Shown piece after piece: positions 47,901 through 56,900 of a DNA stretch of 57,461 bases (position 1 is the first letter of the stretch; every line of letters begins with the position of its first letter). The notes beneath the pieces were generated by a model. That model saw only the letters and a list, made by a program, of their open reading frames with translations, did not search any database and was not told where the DNA came from. The DNA lies in the IMG/VR virus record IMGVR_UViG_3300017788_000030, positions 1 to 57,461 of that record; one strand, given 5' to 3'. The stretch is from a virus. Its lineage: Duplodnaviria; Caudoviricetes. The translations under genes were made by a program, and so were the position numbers.

Positions 47901-50900
47901 TTGTTGTAGTTGTGTTTTTTCTATATTATATTGTTCTTCAACTTTCTTTGGATCAATTCCTGCATCTAAATATTGTTGTTTTTTTAGTTGTGCTCTTTGT
48001 TCCCAAATTTGCATAGCATCATCCGAAGAAAAGTCTCCCATTTGAGCTGCAAACTGTTGATTTCTGACATTAGGACCCACATGAGTAGTATTGGCTAAGG
48101 CATGAGCCATCTCGTGCTTGGCCATTGCTGATGTTACGACCCTATCACGAAAAATTATATTTCTTGATTGTAAATCAAACGTTGCGGAAGCTCCAGACGG
48201 TAGACCTGATTGTCTAATTCCGGAGATGCCATAATTTTGATTTGTTGCCATTAGTAATTTTTGTTGTCCTTGTGGACTACTAGTATAACCTTGTAGTGAG
48301 TCTGTTAGACTATTCAGAGTATTTTTCATAGCATTCGGATCAAAAATATCTATAGCATTCAACTGCTCATTCTCTGGTAATCCACCATATTGAGCATAAA
48401 CAACTCCTCCTTTGGCATAAGGAAGTGATACGCCAACCTTTGCTCTATCCTGGGGTGTAGCAAATTTTTTCCATGTATTACGATCAATTCTTATATTACT
48501 ATTATTGGGTCTCTTAATTAGTACTCCCTCATTATTCCAACTAACATAGTCACCTACTAGTGGTTTATCACCAATTAAACGGCCATTTAACCAAGTATAT
48601 CCAGCAGATTTTGGCGTGGGTAGTGGAGAAGTTGATGGTTGTTTGCGATTAGTACCAACCGGAGGTCTGGGGGTTGATGGCATGGGCCCAGCCGAAGGTC
48701 TGGGACTTGGTGGAAACGGATCTAATCCGGCCCCTGTTCTTATTTGTCTCTCTCGTTCTGCATTATCTGCTTCTTGTTGTGTTTTAGCTCTTCTTTGTGC
48801 GCCTGGAGTTAATGGGGTTGGTGGACCACTTCCAGGAAAATTATTACCAGGAGGATCTAAAAATATTCCTTTCCCGGTTTCGGATTGATCTTCAGGTGTT
48901 GTTGGACGAGGTTTTATTGGGGGTTTGTAGGGCGGAGGCTCTAAAAATGGACCCGATGGAGTTCTCCGTGTTTTTTCTGCTTCTTCTTGTGCTGTTGTTC
49001 TAGGCTGAGGAAGTTGTTCTGGTTTTTGTCTATGGCAAGCTTCGACATAGTTGCGGTCGATCTCGCTGAGTCGATTGAGCGGCACACGGATGACGCTGCC
49101 GTTGGACTTGCGGATTTCGACCACGTCGTCTTTTAATCCTTGGAACCGACCCACCGTCGCATACTTTCCGCTCGCGTCCACCCAGCGCCGCTCTCGAATC
49201 TCTTTTTCATCACATTTTATTTTTACAGCAGCTTTATCTTTTTCTGTGGCAGCGGAAGGTTGCGATGGTTTGGGAGATTGTGATTGTTTGGCGGGGCGCG
49301 TCTTTAGAATACGTTCCTGATCTGATTTAATCAAGTGGTCAAATAAAAGATCGGTCTCCTGATAACGGGGTTCTCCATTTTCTTCGCCAGTCTGATACTT
49401 TATCAGAAAACGATCATGATCCTTCCAACCTCGAAACTCTCCTTTAAATATGCTTCTGCCTATAGCGTCTGTCTTTGGAGAGCCAAAATTCTGTCGATCA
49501 AATTTGTTTTGAGCGGTCCAGGTTCTAATACCTAACCCCTGTTCCTTTAGTGCTTGTTTTTTCTGATCATCACTACATTCGTATTTTTTTGCCGCATCTA
49601 ACATGTGTCTTAAAAAGTTGTTGAGACCGCTATTATTCAATCCTTCAATTATGCGATCTTGCGCGGCTACATTTTCCTCGTATCTCTTCTTTGCGCCCGC
49701 CGTACGCCCACCCGCGAGCCAATCCTCCATTCTGCGCTCTCGGTTGTTGATTGGAGCGGGATCATTTCGACTAACTGGTGGCACATACCATACACTATCA
49801 TCGTTGTCGGTTATTGGAACAGTCGTAACCTCAATGAAACAATCATTGTTATTCTTATTAAATTTGCCAATCTTATGTCTATATAATGGAGCACTCGTTC
49901 CACTACCTCCTTCTTTTCTATCCCACAGTTCTACTTGAGTTCCATTATAGTAGATTGGGAGCCCTTCGGCATCCCGGCTTTTTGTTGTAAAATAACCTTC
50001 CCTTAGTCCGTTTTGTACAGCATAATAAGTGGCTTCTCCTCCGTGTATACCAATTGTTTCCTTTGCTACACCTCCCTTTTGTAAATAAACAACTCCTCCT
50101 TTCGCATATTTATTTATGGATCCACCCTTACTATTATTAATACTTTGTAATAATGGTAAATTAGCCCTTGTCGCAGATCGGTTAACAACAAATTCTCCGG
50201 GAGTTAACATGGCCGGAACAGTATCAGTACCACGCGGTTCATAAGGAACTAACATACCATTATTAGCATAAACTATTCCTCCTCCAGCGGCAGGGCCGGC
50301 GGCTCGCCGAGGGACGTGCCCCGCGGGTGGAGCGGACCACGGGGGTGGGCTGAAATCTCCGCGCCGCCGACGCTCATGCCGCCGAGGAGGAGGTGGCCGC
50401 CGAGGAGGAGGTGGCCGCCGAGCCGGAGGTGCGGGTGGCTGTTGCCCGGCTCCAGCAGGAGCGGGAGGGGCTGGCATTCCCGGCATCCCTGGTACCAAAG
50501 CAGCTATTAAATTAATTATAGGTTGAAGTTGGTTAATAATTGGATTCCAGACATTCATCATATTTATGATGGCGCCTATACCTCTTTGGGTAGATCTACA
50601 ACATTTATCAATAGCTTCTAAAATAGCATCTAATTTAGCATGAGCACTCTTATCACTTAATGGCACATCATCAGTATTACTTTTTACAATATCTTTAGTA
50701 CTATATCCTAGTTTATTCGTATCTTTGCTAATACTTAAATTTTGTTTAGTCATTGTGTATATTTCACTAGGTTTTGTAATTTTTACGCCATCCTTAGTGG
50801 CAACCTGGGTCATATCTTCGGCTGTTCCTCCTTCTTGTAAGTATTTAACGCTGCCGCCTTTGCTCCTGTTGATAGATTCTAACAAACCTCTATGCCTAGA

Positions 50901-53900
50901 TGTTGCTTGTTTATTAACAACAAATTCTCCCGGTGTAAGCATCGCCGGCACAGTATCAGTTCCTCTTGGTTCGTATGGCACCAACATACCATTATTTGCA
51001 TAAACTATTCCTCCCAAATTTTTAGGATTAGCTATTCTTATAACTTTATTTTGAGCCTGTTTATTAGGAAATAAAAACTGTGCAACATTACTTCCGCCTA
51101 AAGCATTAAGTTTTTCTATGCTAGCATCAGGATTTCTAGGATCAATATATCCTTGTCTTGTTAGCCTTTTTAAGAGATTACCCCTAGCATTATCTTGATT
51201 TCTTTTATCTAATTGATTAAAGCCACCAACCATTTTATTAAAGTTGTTTATGTCGTTAACACTCTTAATAAAAGCTGTTTTAAACTTCTGATTAACTTTA
51301 GGATTTTTGTCTATTATGTTTAATAAATATGGATTATTTTTAGCAGTATTAAGTGCTGTGCTAGATGCTTGAGATAATAGTGATATTTGATTACGTAGGG
51401 CCGGATCGGTTTTTGAACTAACAGGAATCATTGATGCTACAGCAGCTATTTGATTATTATCAAAAGGCCTAAATATTGCTTCGGCTATTTTAGCATCCAA
51501 ACCATATTGTTGCATAGTTTGAATATCTGTTGTAACATCTCCGGATAGTGGAAATTTGCCCTTTAATTTTTCTAGAATATTTGATCTTAGTGTTAAGAAC
51601 CTACCAGGATTCTCAAATTTAGAAGGTAATTGAATATTACTTATTCTGGATAAAGTTTTCCACATTTGAGCTTGTTTTTCAGCTTCTTTATTTGCTAATA
51701 CTTTCTCTCTTCTTTGAGATTCTTGTGCTTTTTTAAGCATACTAGTATCATAGTCATTCCAGAGTTGGTCTGCTAATTCATCAGGAGTAATATTTAAATT
51801 ATTCTTACTTATATAATCTTTTTTAGCTTCTTCATATGATGCCCTAATACTATCATCTAATTCTACCAAAGCTTGATAACCTTTTAATTTAACGCCTGGA
51901 TCTATAGATTTTTGAATTTCATTTTCTTTATTTTTTCTCTCTATTAACAATTTTTGCCAGTCTTTAAATGCTGGGTCAGAATTAATAATATCAGAAGGTA
52001 GGCCTCCATTATCTCTATCAAAAGAAATCTGTCTTAAAGTATCTGTTGAAACAAATCCGAACCCACCACGATTATCAAAAAAAGTTTGTAATTCACCGTT
52101 TTTAGCAGCTAAATCGTCTTGGTCTTGTTTTCTTGTCTGAGCCTGTTTTATATCGAAATCATTCGCCCATGTAGGTAAATTTAGTGTTTTTAATAGATTC
52201 CGTCTATCATTTTCTTTATCTGCCATGTTTTTGCTTCTTTGTATGGCAGCATTTGTTTCTGCATTCAAGATGTCTTCGTCGGTAGCATTATGATTCAAAC
52301 CTAACGCTCTTGTTTTTTCTGTTCTATATCTATAGTCTTGTTGTTGTTGTGCCAACAATTGTTCTTGTGTTCTTTGTTGTCTTTGTGTTATTTCTGTTTT
52401 TCCGGTCTCTATGATTTTTTGAATTATTAGATCAATATCTTGTTGTTTAGCTGTTTTATATACTAAATATACTAAATCATCACCAGTAATTTGAGGTAAA
52501 GACAGTTGTTGTTGGTCTAATATCCGTAAAAGCTTATCTTTTATATCTTGAGACATGCCACTACTATTTATTCTATCTTTTTCTAAAGTAATTCTGATCA
52601 TCTCATCTACATATGTTGCTGCTCTTGGACCCAATCCTGATTTCCACCAATCTCCTTGTTGAGCGGACTCTACTTCTGATGACTGCATTCTTGAAGCCAT
52701 TTGTTCTGATGCTAGTCTTTGTTGTCTAGCTTCGTAAGCTGAAACACTGACATAGCCCATTTGAGCAATTTTATCAACTGGTCTTGTTAGTCCACCAAGA
52801 GCACTACCCAAGTATGTTTGTTGTTGTTCGCTTTCTTCTCTTTTTTTCTTATCGAATGCTTTAGGATCGTAAGCTAATTCGCCAAATGTTTGCACAGTAT
52901 CCAAAACCACATTTGTGCCTAAAGGAGCAGCCTTTGTTAATAATCCGGCTGCTGATCTTGTAGCAGCAGAATAGCCGAACCTTGCTCCTATATCTGCTGT
53001 TAATCCAACTGCTTGCGCAGTTGTTTCATCCGCTCCTAATGCTGTGGCTCCTGTTCGTAAAGCTTGTTGCATTAACACATTGCCAGCTACTGATCTTAAG
53101 TTTGCAAATTGTGTAACTTGCTGCCTAGTTGGAGTAACAGATCCAACCGCAGATTTAACCCCTTGTCCCAATCTTTGTAATGATCCCTCTGGAACTAATG
53201 TCGGATTCGGAACACCAACATCTGCTGCCCAATTATTAATACCTCTTCTTAAAGAAGATAGTCTTGATACTTGAGGAGCGGCCGTTGCTGATTGAGCAGC
53301 GGCCGTTACTGATGGTGCGCCTAAAGTAGCATTGGTTGCTGCGCTTTTAGCTCTAACATCTTTTATGTTTTTCCGAAAAGCATCATCTGTATCCGTGCCA
53401 TCAGCAGCATAAACTACTCCTCCTCTACTATATGTTTTTCCACTTCCATTACTACTATTAATACTTCTTAATAGTCCTAAATTATTTTTGGTAGCTTTAG
53501 CATTAACAACAAATTCCCCTGGTGTTAACATAGCAGGAATAGTATCTGTACCTTTAGGAGCAAAATTAACATAAGTTCCATCACTAGCATATACTACTCC
53601 TCCTTTAGACTGAGTTTGTGGAACTCTGCCTGGAGGAGTTAATCCTAATCCCATACTTCTTAATTGTTCAGTATTAAATCTAACCTCAATACTACTTAGT
53701 GCGTCAATAAATTTTTGATTCGCAGCATCTAACACCGCAGTTTGTTTATCTAAAGTGTTTTGGTTAATTCTTTGTGTAGTATCTATTAATGACCGTTGTT
53801 CTGAAGCTAGTAATGCTTGTAATTCTTTTATTTCTCTACTTTGTTCTGGAGGTTGTTCTAGTCTACTAATAATAGTTTGAAATATAGGATTATTTTGTAA

Positions 53901-56900
53901 TCCGGATCCTTGAGAAGACGCTAAGTTTTTGAATAATTCTGCTCTTACTGGTCTTAATTCGTCTTCTTCTAAACCGCTCATAGAACTAAGTTCATTAAAT
54001 AAAGTTAACACATTTCGCGTTTGTCCAGCAAAAGCTTGTTGAGCAGCAAGCATAGCTTCTTGTTGGGTCTTACCATCTGTTAAAGCTTGTCTATAAGCTA
54101 ATTGAGCAGCTTGGGATTGTTGAATAGTATTTACATTTCCCGACAGGGCGCTGTTTAATACATTAAATGTAGTACCTAATTCTTGTAATTCTTGCGGCGT
54201 ACTACCAAGCAATCGTTCGCCAAAGCCTGTTGATGCCTGAGTAATATTTGCAGATTTTTGTTGTATTCTAGATATTTCTGAAATAATATCATTAATATTT
54301 TGTTCTATATTTTGAGGTAAACTATCTAACGCTTGATTAACCTGTCTAATAGATGACTCTGTTAAACCCAATTCTTTATTTAGTGCAATAAATTGTCTAG
54401 ATGCTGCTAAGTCTCTTTTATCAAAAGATTGCGCCATATTTGCTAAAGATTTTTCAATATTTTGTTTTTGTTGTATTAATGAGTCTCTTCTATCAGATAA
54501 TGTGCCAGCATTTAAATCTTGTGGTCTTACTCCGGCTTTAGTAGCCGCAACCGACGTTCTAGCTTGTCTTCTTTGGTCCAGGGTAATTCTTTTACCCAAA
54601 GCTTCTTGAAAACTTATATTACTTTGAGCAATAATATTTTGAGATGATGCTATATTTTCAGCTAGTTTATCTTGCAAAGATCCATATTCTTTTGCTGCGG
54701 CTCCAACAAAATTTAAAGCATTTTCTAAAAATTTTGCACTAGCATTTAATGCTTCAAATACTTGTTTACTAGCTTGTATTTGTTGGTTTAATCCAGGAAT
54801 ATTTTCTAGTATATCTTGTATGCTAATATCTTCTAACTTATTTCTACCCTTTACAAACTCAGCAATAGCCGGTTTAAATTGGGCTCTAATACTTTCTCCT
54901 AGTTGTGGTCCAAAAATATTATCTAGTTGATTAGTTAATAAACCACTTAATCTATCGCCAATAACATTAGGTTCAGTAACGCCTCCGGCTTTGGCCTGAT
55001 TTAAAGCTGTTGTCATAGAGTCTTCTATATCCAAACTGAATCTAGCAAATTTTTCTACAAATTGTCTATCTTGTCCAGCGAACTGAGCTGACTGAGATAT
55101 TGCAGCATTTTGTTCAGTTCTAGAATATGCTCTAGGATTTTCTAGAATATTAGATGATCTTAATTTAATACTAAAATCAGCAGAATCACTAACTATATTT
55201 TGGATACTTTCAGAAGCCTGATCTAAACTAAAAGATGCCGCATTAATTGATTGATTAAGAGTTTCAAAAGTTCTGGTTAAACTAACGGAAACTAAATTTA
55301 GCTGTTTTGTGAGCATATTATTAGCTTTGGCTCTGGCGATCTCAGAAAATCTGGTCTCAATGCTTGTTCTAATTTCTTGTGTTTTTTGTGCTGTTAATTC
55401 ATTGATTTTTTGATTTTTTGTGTCTTCGGCATCTGTTGATTGTTTAATTTTTTCAACTTCTACAGCATAAGCTGTATCGGCTTCCAAAATAGCAGCATAT
55501 AATTGATCAAAAGATGATCCTCCTTGTTGTAGTTTTTGGGACACTGTTGCATAATCCTGCGTAGCTTGTATCTGAGAGTCTAAAAATTGTTGAGCTACAG
55601 CAGCTGCTTTTTGTTGATTCACAGCTTTTTCACCCCCAACAGTTTCTGCTGTTGGAGACGATAAAATACCTAATCTTCTGCCGATTCCGGTTAGCGTAGA
55701 CGGAGCATTTGCTCTTTCTCTAGAAGCTGCTAGTTTAGTTTCTTCCGTTTGTATTCTTTGGAAATTACCAATAACATCATTAAATGCACCTTTATCATTT
55801 ATATTAACCGACATTCTTTCAAAAGCTTTGCCTGTAGTATCAAAAATTTGATCAATTCTAGCGCTAGTAGTTGTTGCTTCAAAATTTGCAACACTAGCAC
55901 CCCAACTATCTATTGATGTGGCTAATCCAACAAGCAAACCTCCAATAGCACCTATGCCGCCAAACTGAGATCCAATGCTAGTAAATGTAGAAATATTTGA
56001 TGCTACTCCGGCAACCCCTGCTCCTGTTGCTCCTCCTATAGTTTCTCCTAATTGACCAGCTAACATTGGTCCGGTAAAAGCTAATGCTGTACCCAATCCA
56101 GAAAAGTTAAACTTGTTACGTTCTTTACTAGCGGCACCTTGTGTTTGTGACAATTGATCTGATGATTGTTGTAAAACATTTTGACTTTGTGTCGTTTCTT
56201 TAATTTCTTTGTATAGTCCACCCCAAGCATCGGCTACTCTTCTTTCCGCTGCTGCTACAGCATCGGTAAGAGGAATACTATTATTAATTTTTCTAATTTG
56301 TGCAGCAATAGCATTGACTTGTTTTCTTTGTACTTCTGCTACGAGTTTTGCGGCATCTTGGTCACCTGTTTCTGCTGCTCTAAAGGCACCAAAAGAAGCC
56401 GAAGGATTTGCCACCGGATTACTTTTTCCAAATAGAGCAGTAACTGATGTCTGTGTAATAAATTTTTGTAAAGCTTCGGTAGCAGCCTTTGTAACAGTAG
56501 TAAATTTATCTACTGGCCCATAATTAGTTCCACCATCCTTAAAACTTCTTATTCCAACACTACCGCCCTTATTCAATCCTAATGCTTTTGTTGCTTTTTC
56601 TCTTATTATAAAACTACCAACTGGTAAACTTGTAGGAATACTATCACTAGTTCCACTGCCCGGCCCCTTAAATATGCTAATACCACCTTCACTGAATCGC
56701 CCCATACCATTCTTATCAGCTTGATTCATTTTATTTAAAGTACCATATCCAATTCTTTTGGCAACTTTTGGTGGTACATAAGCTTCGCCGTTGCTAACTA
56801 GCGCAGGAACAGTTCCTCCATCAGCAAATGCTAGCCTGCCACCATTTGCTCTTCCAAAATACTCTAAGGCCATTTGTCCAGAAGATTTTGCGGGTTTTTT

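Noticed and set aside
50316-50515. + strand readings of the GC-rich tract (track ORF 50316-50510 and an AEEEVAAEEEVAAEPEV frame)
   Set aside because: These are the expected antisense shadow of Pro/Arg codons inside a long minus-strand gene; they are short and have no clear RBS.
45640-56850. Linker repeats as CRISPR-like or site-specific recombination DNA repeats
   Set aside because: Conservation is at the amino-acid level, spacing is irregular (hundreds to thousands of nt), and no site-specific recombinase is in the window.
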